Shown here: positions 17,621-24,913 of the stretch, one piece after another
Layout of the letters: each line of letters begins with the position of its first letter
Position numbering within the stretch: the first letter of the stretch is position 1
Notes under the pieces: generated by a model
Database searches by the model: none
Told to the model about the DNA's origin: nothing
What the model saw: only the letters and a program-made list of their open reading frames with translations
Program-made: the position numbers and the translations under genes
Assembly (NCBI RefSeq): GCF_000007985.2
Contig: NC_002939.5
Location: forward strand, 3,210,001-3,242,000
DNA from: Geobacter sulfurreducens PCA
Lineage (GTDB): Bacteria; Desulfobacterota; Desulfuromonadia; Geobacterales; Geobacteraceae
Direction: 5' to 3'
Length of the DNA: 32,000 nt

Positions 17621-17654
17621 GGGCCGCCGTGCACGATGCATGGCGGCCCTTTTG
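17621..17654 (+). terminator. rho-independent terminator after the hemerythrin gene (convergent junction)
   Basis: GGGCCGCC - 13-nt loop - GGCGGCCC, followed by TTTTG. It lies between convergent genes ending at 17594 (+) and 17672 (-). Confidence 0.7.
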
Positions 17655-17671
17655 CGTTCAGCCGTAATGCT

Positions 17672-18544
17672 TCAGTTTTCGAGATTGACGCGAAAGAAAA
17701 GAACCAGCTTTGCCTTCTCTTCCTTGTTGAGGGGTACCGGTGACATGAGGGCGCCGGGACGGACGCTGCGGGGATTGTCGAGCCAGCGGCCGAGACGTTC
17801 GGGGGTCCAGGGCTCGCCCGGCTTGAAGGGGGTAGGGTAAAACGGGGAGAAGAGCCCGGAAAGGTTCGGCGCGACGGTGCCGGCACCCAGCCCTCCCTCG
17901 CCGGCGGTAAGGAGCCGGTGGCAGCCGCCGCACTTGGTGACGAACAGGTTGTCTTCCTTCGCGCGGACGGCCTCGAAGTGGACGACAAGAGGGACGGCAG
18001 CGGTCCCTTGTGCGGGAGCGGCCCCGGCAAAGGCCATGATGGCATTCACCACATCGGAGGCCCGGCGATCGTCGAACCGGAAGTCGGGCATGAAGAGAAC
18101 CGGCTGCCGGATTGCCACGAAGAGTCTCACCGGGTCATCGCCGACCAGACGGTCCAGGTCGGCGGCCAAGCGCGTCCCCGTTCCTCCCAGGCGATGGCAG
18201 CGGCGGCAGCCGAACCGCTCTGCCAAGCGCTTTCCCTCCTTCACCCGGACGCTGCCGGGAATCGTAAAATGAGACAGTTCCGCCGGCACGAGCCGATAGT
18301 GGGCGATGGCCAGACGCGTGCTTCTGCCGTTACCCCGGTGACAGGAGACGCAGGTGCCCTTTTCCGCATGGTGGGGGCGGTGGCAGGAGCGGCATCCCTC
18401 GCCCGGCGGCGGTCCGACGCAGGCGGACAGAAGAGCGGCGATCAGGATCAGAAGGGCCAGACGAGCGACCAATTCTCCCCCCGGAAGACCATGGCGAGCA
18501 CAGTCAGGGCTACAATGACGGCAAAGGCTCCCAGCGTGAGCCAC
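17672..18544 (-). CDS. tetrahaem c-type cytochrome, probable lipoprotein; cytochrome c subunit of the Rieske/cyt b complex
   Basis: CRSCH, CVSCH, CRRCH and CGGCH. The last two sit in class-I-like contexts with downstream Met. LLSAC is a lipobox-like sequence. The start is uncertain: ATG 18544 overlaps the upstream gene by 97 nt, while TTG 18472 overlaps it by 25 nt. Confidence 0.8.
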   Translation of the reverse strand: MAHAGSLCRHCSPDCARHGLPGGELVARLALLILIAALLSACVGPPPGEGCRSCHRPHHAEKGTCVSCHRGNGRSTRLAIAHYRLVPAELSHFTIPGSVRVKEGKRLAERFGCRRCHRLGGTGTRLAADLDRLVGDDPVRLFVAIRQPVLFMPDFRFDDRRASDVVNAIMAFAGAAPAQGTAAVPLVVHFEAVRAKEDNLFVTKCGGCHRLLTAGEGGLGAGTVAPNLSGLFSPFYPTPFKPGEPWTPERLGRWLDNPRSVRPGALMSPVPLNKEEKAKLVLFFRVNLEN

Positions 18545-18906
18545 GAGGAGGCGCGGTTACCCTCACCGAACCAGACGGCCCGCTCGGGCCGGTGCCTGCC
18601 AAGCCACGGCATGAGCAGGAACCAGAGAGAGAGGGCCACAATGCCCCAGGCGAAGCCGTTGCCGTGGCTCACGACCTCCTGGGTCCAGAGGAGAAACCAG
18701 GCCGATTTGGCCGGGTTTGGCGGGGCGGCCGGGTTGGCGGGGGCCAGGAGCGGCGCGGGGACAACCAGGGCGAGGAGCGCCAGCAGGAGCAGTCCGGCGG
18801 CAAAGGCCCGTTTGACCGGACGGAAAAAGTAGGGAGAACTCCGGACGTATTCCCCGCCACCCCGGGGCCCGCGGCGCAGGTCCCGCTCCGGTTCACCGCA
18901 ATGCAT
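18448..18906 (-). CDS. cytochrome b C-terminal / subunit-IV-like membrane protein (3 TM)
   Basis: Only the 3' part of track ORF 18448..19299 is used. ATG at 18906 lies 27 nt after the cyt b stop. PNPAKSAWFLLWTQEVV resembles the PEWY-type quinol-site motif of subunit IV. Three hydrophobic helices. Confidence 0.7.
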   Translation of the reverse strand: MHCGEPERDLRRGPRGGGEYVRSSPYFFRPVKRAFAAGLLLLALLALVVPAPLLAPANPAAPPNPAKSAWFLLWTQEVVSHGNGFAWGIVALSLWFLLMPWLGRHRPERAVWFGEGNRASSWLTLGAFAVIVALTVLAMVFRGENWSLVWPF

Positions 18907-18932
18907 AGGTTCTCTCACGGCATCCGCTCCTC

Positions 18933-19553
18933 TCACAGATAGGGAAGCAGCCCCTTGGTCTTGCGTACCCGGTAGAAATGGAGAAACGACAGCCCCATGA
19001 TGCCCAACGGAACGATGACCACGTGCAGGGCGTAGAAGCGCAGGAGCGATAGAGACTCTCCCACCCCGTCGGGAACAAGGACGGCCCGGAGCCAGCCGCC
19101 GCCCGGAAAGGTGGCCAGCAACTCCATGCCGGTACGGGTGGCCCAGAAGGCCAGTTGGTCCATGGGGAGCAGATAGCCGGTGTATGCCTCGAACACCGAC
19201 AGTCCCAGGAGTCCCACCCCCACCACCCAGGTCAGTTCGCGGGGCGGCCGGAAGGCACCGGTGAGCACGACCCGCAGGATGTGGAGGAACATCAGACAAA
19301 GGAACCCGTGGGAGGCAAGCCGGTGAAGCGCCCGCAGGTACTTTCCCCCCACAACCGTCGACTCCAGGAACAGAATCGAATCAAAGGCCCGGTCGGGGGT
19401 CGGCTGGTAGTAGAACAGCAGCAGTACCCCGGACACGATCAGGGCGAAGAATGCCGTAAAGGCGAGTCCGCCCAGACAGAATGTGTAGCTGAACCGCAGG
19501 TTCTCCCGCAGGACCACCCGGGGGAAGAGATGTTTGGCGAATTCCTTGATCAT
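18933..19553 (-). CDS. cytochrome b6-like protein (N-terminal four-helix, dihaem b)
   Basis: 206 aa. Conserved His pairs in helices B and D (RALHRLASHGF.., FYALHVVIVPLGIMGLSFLHF). Its ATG overlaps the Rieske stop (ATGA). Confidence 0.9.
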   Translation of the reverse strand: MIKEFAKHLFPRVVLRENLRFSYTFCLGGLAFTAFFALIVSGVLLLFYYQPTPDRAFDSILFLESTVVGGKYLRALHRLASHGFLCLMFLHILRVVLTGAFRPPRELTWVVGVGLLGLSVFEAYTGYLLPMDQLAFWATRTGMELLATFPGGGWLRAVLVPDGVGESLSLLRFYALHVVIVPLGIMGLSFLHFYRVRKTKGLLPYL

Positions 19554-19945
19554 CCGATGACAATCTCCACCCGCTCGCCCCGGTCCTCCACCCGATGGCG
19601 GGCCAGGGGACGGTCGGCGGGACCTTTGGCAACGTTTCCCTTCAGGTCGAAGCGGCTGCCGTGACAGGGACAGACAATCTCCGACGGCGTGACGGTTACC
19701 GTGCAGCCCAGATGGGTGCAGGTGAGGTCAAGGGCATAGAGCGTATCCCCATCCCTCATGACCGCCAGGTGCCGTTCCTTGAACACAAGGGCGCCCCGTG
19801 GGGGGATCGATGCCTTGGCAACGGTGAATCGCTCTCCCCCGCCCCGCCCCGCGGGAACGAGAAAGCGCCACGCCGCCGCCAGCGAGGCCGTGAATGCGGC
19901 TAACGCCGCGATGAACCGCCGGCGTCCCCGGTCAAATCCCGCCAT
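19550..19945 (-). CDS. Rieske [2Fe-2S] protein with twin-arginine signal
   Basis: Internal ATG at 19945 of track ORF 19550..20470. MAGFDRGRRRFIAALAAF is a Tat motif. The cluster boxes CTHLGC and CPCHGS are present. 131 aa. Confidence 0.9.
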   Translation of the reverse strand: MAGFDRGRRRFIAALAAFTASLAAAWRFLVPAGRGGGERFTVAKASIPPRGALVFKERHLAVMRDGDTLYALDLTCTHLGCTVTVTPSEIVCPCHGSRFDLKGNVAKGPADRPLARHRVEDRGERVEIVIG

Positions 19946-21165
19946 CGTTCCAGATACCCTTTCGTGTATTCGGGGGTCCGCACCCCCATGCGCCGCACCC
20001 GCTCCGGCTCCATGAACGTACCGTTGGCAATCCGCTGGCCGGTGCGGTCCCAGAAGGAATCGAGAGAAAGGCCATCGGCCCGGGTCCGGTAGATCCGCTC
20101 GTGGGGCGGTTCCAGCAGAAAGCGCCGCGGGTTGTCGTGACAGCCGTCGCACATGACCGTTTCGCGCCGGATGGTGTGAGGGGCGAAGGTCTTCCAGCGG
20201 GCTGCCAGGAGCCGGTTCTCCTGCCCCACTACCCGTTCGTTGCGGAAATCCGAATGGTAAAGGATGAACTGGGGCCGGGCCGGGCTCACCCGCCCCGCTT
20301 CGTTGAGCGCGAGGGGGGGGGCGTCCTGCCGCTTGAGATAGGCACTCTTTACCCAGTCGTCCTGACGGGTGACCACCTGGAAGCGGGACTGGAGCCGGGG
20401 GCTGTTGGTGAAGCGCAGCCAGAAGGTACCGTACTCCTGGGGTGCCCACGCGGCATGGCAGGCAACGCATTCGAGCCGGTCCTGGTGGGCGGCGATGCGG
20501 TGTTCAACCACCCGCGGATCCGGCGTGTGACAGTCGGTGCACCTCTTTGCGGTCCGCTTGCCGGCAGCCAGGCTCGCCATGGAGTGGCAGTCGGCGCACC
20601 CCATCCCTGCCTCGGCATGGACGTCGGGCAGCATGGGGAGGAAGGTCTCGCCGTTGGCCAGCTCACCCCGCTGGTAGCGCAGGGCATCCTCCCGGGGCGC
20701 CCGGCCGTGGTAGTCGGTGCCCACGAAGTAGCCCCGGTGGCAGGAGAGACACTGGGCATCCCGGGGGCGGGCCAAGGCATGGCCGCCGCCGGGATGGCAG
20801 TCGAGGCAGCCCGTTACGTGGCAGCCGCCGCACTGGTTGCGGAAGAATGCTCCGTCGGCTCGCCCCAGGGTATCGGCCACGAAGCGCCGTTCCGCGCTCC
20901 GGGTGGTCATGGGGTGGTCGAAGAGACGGTCGTATCCACGGTGGCAAGCCACGCACCGGGCGGCGCGGTCGGCCACGAGTGCCGGGTTGCGCACAGTGGC
21001 CCGGTCGTCGCCGTGGCAGGGGGAACAGCCGATGCCTGCATGGGGGCCGGTAAGGACATCCCGATGGCAGACGCGGCAATTTTCGCCCGTGGCGGCGTCA
21101 GCGGGCCACGGCGCGACCGGCGCTGCCAGTAAGCAGGCGGCGATGCAGAGCATCATCCAGCGCAC
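19900..21165 (-). CDS. decahaem c-type cytochrome (periplasmic)
   Basis: 421 aa. GTG start (ATGs also at 21156 and 21153). Signal peptide ..MMLCIAACLLAAPVAPWPADA. Ten CxxCH motifs: CRVCH, CSPCH, CVACH, CGGCH, CLDCH, CLSCH, CADCH, CTDCH, CVACH, CDGCH. Confidence 0.85.
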   Translation of the reverse strand: MRWMMLCIAACLLAAPVAPWPADAATGENCRVCHRDVLTGPHAGIGCSPCHGDDRATVRNPALVADRAARCVACHRGYDRLFDHPMTTRSAERRFVADTLGRADGAFFRNQCGGCHVTGCLDCHPGGGHALARPRDAQCLSCHRGYFVGTDYHGRAPREDALRYQRGELANGETFLPMLPDVHAEAGMGCADCHSMASLAAGKRTAKRCTDCHTPDPRVVEHRIAAHQDRLECVACHAAWAPQEYGTFWLRFTNSPRLQSRFQVVTRQDDWVKSAYLKRQDAPPLALNEAGRVSPARPQFILYHSDFRNERVVGQENRLLAARWKTFAPHTIRRETVMCDGCHDNPRRFLLEPPHERIYRTRADGLSLDSFWDRTGQRIANGTFMEPERVRRMGVRTPEYTKGYLERWRDLTGDAGGSSRR

Positions 21166-22969
21166 GATAGTCGAGCTCCTTGCGGTAGATGGGATCGTCG
21201 GCCCGGGTGTGGCAGACGATGCAAAGGTTTGCCCGCCAAACCCGTTTTGCCTCCGTGTCGTTCAGGGGGCGTGAGTTCTCGCGGGTGATGGCGGAGAATG
21301 CCCGTACCAGACCACCCTCCATGGTCTGGAAACCGTCCAGGGGCTTCGCTTCGTTCTTGGTACAACGCAATGTGCCATCGATCCGCCCTTTTCCCGTCAC
21401 ATGCTGGCCAAAGCCGAGGAAGGCGGGGTTGGCGTGGCATTCGCCGCAGCCGATGGCCCGTTCGCCGGTGTTATGGGAGTAGAACGGCGCGAACCGGAGC
21501 TGCTTTTTCCCCTTGAAGGTAGAGACGTAGCCCTCCCGGGACAGGGTGCCGTCCGGCTCCACCACGGTGACGAACGTCTGGCAGCCGGGGGTGACCGGCG
21601 CAATGCCCCCGCGCTGGTTCAGAGCCAGGGGAAAGGGATAGAGCATCCGGTAATCCTCGGTTTCCGTGAAGAGCCCGGGGGTGTCCATTCCCTTGATGAA
21701 GTCGGTGCCGGTGCGGCCCTTGTCGTATTTCGTATGACAGCCGTAGCATTGGGGGACCGCCCGGGAATGGCAGGCGGTGCATTCGAGCCGGTCGTGTCCG
21801 ACCACGGTGTGGGCCGGGGAGCCGGTAATGACCTTGCTGGTGAATACCCTGCCGCTCCGCTTGCCGAGCACCGCAACCCTGCCATCCTTCACGAAGACAT
21901 TTGAGTAGGGGCGCCCCTTGGCGGTAACGATCATGCGCATGCCCGGCCGCATCTGCACGGGGTAGCGGGCCGACTCCCGCACCGCCTCCTCGTTCTCCCG
22001 CACGATCTCCCGCCAGCGGGGCGGCGAAGTTGCACTGCCGTGGCAATCCTCGCAGCGAATCTCCACCTGGTGGTAGAGGTTCTCGTAGGCATAACCGTCA
22101 CCCATGATGTCGCGGGAGGTGTGGCAGTCGATGCACTCCATCCCCCGGGCGTGGTGAATGTCGGGAGGGATGCTCGTCACGTTCCGGTTGCCGCTGGTGA
22201 GCTGGGGGCCCGGGAAGCCTCCCCTGGTCGGCACGAGACCGTTGTTGCCGTCGTTCAACCCCAGGTAGGAGAGAGCGATGCGGCCGCTGCGGTTGTGGCA
22301 GCGGAAGCAGACGTCGTTGCCGGGGAGCCCTTCCATCCGGTGGCTGGACGCGGCGGGCCCACGCAGTCGCATGGTCAGGTCGCTGCCCTCATAGGCGGAA
22401 TCGGCATTGCGGGGAAAGTGGCAGGCCGCGCAGCCGGAGCCGTGCCCCACGCCCCAGGCATAGCGGTTTTCGATCCCCACGTGGCAGAGGGAGCAGAACT
22501 TGCGGTAGAGCTCCCCCGAGAGGTTGTTCAGTTCGGCCACGCCGTTGACCCTGACCCGCTTCCCCTCTGCGTCGTAAAGGTCGTCCTGCCGTGCTCCGTA
22601 GCGCCGGCCATCCTCCCCTTCCCAGGTAAGCTGGATATTCCTGATGATCCCCGTATTGGTATACATGAGTCCCGAGCGGACCCGGCCCAGCTGATAGGGG
22701 TGGCAGGCACCGCAACTCTTTTCCCAGACAGCCGGGTCCGAGGGGTTCCGCGGGGCGAACATGGTCCGGTGGGCGTCCTCTTTGCTCCGGGCCCGGCCGT
22801 CGCCGCCGTGGCAGGAGACACAGGAGGGATGGGCCGGTGAGGCGTGCTCGATCTTCCCGTGGCAGGAGAGACACGAGGCGTTCTCTCCCCCGCTGCTGCC
22901 GCACCCGGCAGCACTAAGGAACATAACGGCGACCGCCAGCATGAGAACGACGTCGGAAATCCTGTTCAT
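21098..22969 (-). CDS. dodecahaem c-type cytochrome, lipoprotein
   Basis: Internal ATG at 22969 of track ORF 21098..23071 gives MNRISDVVLMLAVAVMFLSAAGC (lipobox). Twelve CxxCH motifs: CLSCH, CVSCH, CGACH, CSLCH, CAACH, CFRCH, CIDCH, CEDCH, CTACH, CYGCH, CGECH, CIVCH. Confidence 0.85.
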   Translation of the reverse strand: MNRISDVVLMLAVAVMFLSAAGCGSSGGENASCLSCHGKIEHASPAHPSCVSCHGGDGRARSKEDAHRTMFAPRNPSDPAVWEKSCGACHPYQLGRVRSGLMYTNTGIIRNIQLTWEGEDGRRYGARQDDLYDAEGKRVRVNGVAELNNLSGELYRKFCSLCHVGIENRYAWGVGHGSGCAACHFPRNADSAYEGSDLTMRLRGPAASSHRMEGLPGNDVCFRCHNRSGRIALSYLGLNDGNNGLVPTRGGFPGPQLTSGNRNVTSIPPDIHHARGMECIDCHTSRDIMGDGYAYENLYHQVEIRCEDCHGSATSPPRWREIVRENEEAVRESARYPVQMRPGMRMIVTAKGRPYSNVFVKDGRVAVLGKRSGRVFTSKVITGSPAHTVVGHDRLECTACHSRAVPQCYGCHTKYDKGRTGTDFIKGMDTPGLFTETEDYRMLYPFPLALNQRGGIAPVTPGCQTFVTVVEPDGTLSREGYVSTFKGKKQLRFAPFYSHNTGERAIGCGECHANPAFLGFGQHVTGKGRIDGTLRCTKNEAKPLDGFQTMEGGLVRAFSAITRENSRPLNDTEAKRVWRANLCIVCHTRADDPIYRKELDYRALDDALHRRLLTGSAGRAVAR

Positions 22970-23032
22970 GGCATGGTTCGCTCGATGACGCACGGGGGCA
23001 ATGGTACCACAGAATGCGGGCAAAGGTCCCTG

Positions 23033-23066
23033 CAAAAAAGGGCCGGCAGCGGTTCGGCTGCCGGCC
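23033..23066 (-). terminator. rho-independent terminator after the pentahaem cytochrome gene
   Basis: Minus strand reads GGCCGGCAGC-CGAACC-GCTGCCGGCC (10-bp perfect stem) followed by CTTTTTTG. It lies 29 nt after the TAG at 23095-23097. Confidence 0.75.
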
Positions 23067-23094
23067 ATCACATGAAGGAGGTGCTGCGTGGGTG

Positions 23095-24447
23095 CTACTT
23101 GCCCTTGGCGCTGATGCTCACCTTCTGGGTGAACTCATGCCAGAGGAACGGATCGGAATTCATTGAACCGAAGGGGAGATACCAGAGTTTCACCTCCACT
23201 TCCAGATCGTGGGCCAGGGTCTTGCGAACCTTCTTCCCGTCCTCCACCACATCCTCGGTGGGGAAGAGGATATCGAAGCGCTCGTGGATCTTCTTGCCCG
23301 GCGGCAGACCCGTATCCTCGATCATACCGCTTTTCTCATAGGGGCCGCGCCCCATCCGGTCACCCCGGGCCAGCTGCTGGGGCACCGGCATGTAGATCTT
23401 TTCCTGATTGAACACTTCTTCGCCGTCTTTTGTCTTTGCAATGACCGACAGAACCAGTCGGTTGGGGGTCGGTCAGCCATCGGGGATCGAGTGGCCCGCG
23501 TGATTGGTCATCTCGACCTTCACCACTGCCTTGGGCGTCACCAGCGCCCCGTCCCGCCAGTGATAGCCATAGGCCTCGGCCTTGAACTCAACGGCGGCCT
23601 TGGCCATGCCCGGGTCACGGTAGCTCTGCATGTTGTGCCCGAGCTTGCTCTTCTTCATGTGGCATTCCTGGCAGTTTTCCCGCCCGCCCTCGGCCTTGTA
23701 GGCCCAGAGGTAGCTCGCATAGCTGGTGCAGCACTGGGTCGGGTTATCCAATTCCAGGTTCGGCCCCAAGCCGTGGCATTGGCCGCACTGGATGGACTCT
23801 GACATGATCGGACTGACCTTCATCGTGGGGAATGCCGCAGAGGGGTGTTCCCCTTCCTTGGAGCCGTAGACTACCCCGGCCTGGGGATAGCCGTCGGTCC
23901 ACTTGTGGGTGATGGCGTTACGGTTATGGCAAACGAGGCAATTGATGTTGAGGCTCTTGAGCTTGTCGGCCTCTTCAACCGCCTTTGCCGAATCCTTTTT
24001 CCTCAGTGCATCCTGCCAGCTGCCGATGGTGGAGATGATCTCCTTGGCCACCGAGTCCTCGGCGTCGGCCAGTTGGGGGAGATGGCACTTGGCGCATCCC
24101 ATCAGGTGCTCAACTTTCACGTCCGACGGGCTTTTCACCCCCGAATATTCCCATTCCATGAGGCCGTTGACCACAGCAGTCATGAAGGTGGCGGCAGTCC
24201 GGCCGGTACCGAAGATTGAGCGGGCATGGATCGACTGCTCCCATTCATCGTGGACTTCCTGGTGACACTCGATGCAGGAGCTGGAATCATACATCTTTGC
24301 CAACTCGGCCATGGTCTTTGCCTTGCCGCTCTTGGCAACGATCGTCTCCTGCCAGCCGATGCCCGCCTTTTCGGCAAAAACCGGTGCGGCGGCACAGAGC
24401 GCAAGCGCTGCGGCAGCAAGGGTCAGCCATGCGGTTTTGTGCTTCAT
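23095..24447 (-). CDS. pentahaem c-type cytochrome with C-terminal beta-rich domain; contains one in-frame TGA (23475-23473): candidate selenocysteine codon, or else a disrupted gene
   Basis: Track ORFs 23473..24447 and 23095..23415 are in the same frame, and the TGA is the only stop between them. Signal peptide MKHKTAWLTLAAAALALCAAAPVFA. Haem motifs CIECH, CAKCH, CLVCH, CGQCH and CQECH. The reading continues ..MTNHAGHSIPDG-TGA-PTPNRLVLSVIAKTKDGEEVFNQEK.. There is no RBS before the track's GTG at 23415. A terminator follows only the second ORF. Confidence 0.65.
23443..23475 (-). promoter_or_regulatory. 33-nt hairpin starting at the in-frame UGA (SECIS-like candidate)
   Basis: Minus strand: UGACCGAC-CCC-AACC-GACU-GGUU-CU-GUCGGUCA. 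This gives an 8-bp lower stem that includes the UGA, an internal loop, a 4-bp upper stem, and an apical tetraloop beginning with G. Confidence 0.45.
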
Positions 24448-24510
24448 GGTCTACTCCTTTTTTGTGCCATACATAAATAACCGTATTGCAATAAACGAAT
24501 TTCAGCCCAT

Positions 24511-24543
24511 AAAAAGAAACCTCCCCGCCCCAGGACGGGGAGG
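24511..24543 (-). terminator. rho-independent terminator after the small secreted protein gene
   Basis: Minus strand reads CCTCCCCG-TCCTGGGG-CGGGGAGG followed by TTTCTTTTT. It lies 17 nt after the TAG at 24560-24562. Confidence 0.7.
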
Positions 24544-24559
24544 CGGTCATAACAACCGA

Positions 24560-24874
24560 CTAGCAGCCCTGGAGAGCGTCGCCGGCGGATTCGGAGATGG
24601 TCATGGAAGAGTCCGTCTTGATCTTGGCAGCCTTGGCCTTGCCGAACTTGAGGACGACTTCGTCGCCTTTCACCTCGACAATGGTCGGCATACCGCCGCT
24701 GGCCTGAACATGGGCGCCCTTCTTGGCCCAGGCGGGTACTTTCTCGGCCTTGACGGTAACCTTCTCGCCATCAACCTTGACGACCTTCCCCGAGAAGGAG
24801 CCGGCGGCAAAGGCGAATGCCGCCATGGAAAGGGCCACGAGAGCCGCCGCGATCGACATCATGATCTTCTTCAT
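24560..24874 (-). CDS. small secreted protein ending in a C-terminal cysteine (..DALQGC-stop)
   Basis: ATG with AGGAGG 8 nt upstream. Signal peptide MKKIMMSIAAALVALSMAAFAFA. The mature part is about 80 aa, Lys/Val-rich and beta-like (KVVKVDGEKVTVKAEK..IVEVKGDEVVLKFGK). The only Cys is the last residue. Confidence 0.75.
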   Translation of the reverse strand: MKKIMMSIAAALVALSMAAFAFAAGSFSGKVVKVDGEKVTVKAEKVPAWAKKGAHVQASGGMPTIVEVKGDEVVLKFGKAKAAKIKTDSSMTISESAGDALQGC

Positions 24875-24913
24875 TGTTCTTACCTCCTGCGTGTGGTTGT
24901 GCTGCGCTCAGCC

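Noticed and set aside
18907-19299. N-terminal two-thirds of track ORF 18448..19299.
   Set aside because: It overlaps the well-supported cytochrome b gene in another frame and is Arg/Gly/Pro-rich. Only the part from ATG 18906 has membrane-protein character (subunit-IV-like).
19946-20470. N-terminal extension of the Rieske ORF (track 19550..20470).
   Set aside because: It overlaps the decahaem cytochrome gene out of frame. The Tat motif RGRRRF directly follows the internal ATG at 19945.
22970-23032. TGGTACCATTGCC as a possible sigma-54 promoter for the 12-haem cytochrome gene.
   Set aside because: The GG to GC spacing is about 3 nt too short compared with the consensus, and there is no TTGC.
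24453-24469. TGGCAC on the minus strand just upstream of the pentahaem cytochrome ATG.
   Set aside because: It is followed by AAAAAAGGAG (the RBS), so there is no -12 TTGC element. It is also only about 17 nt from the start codon.
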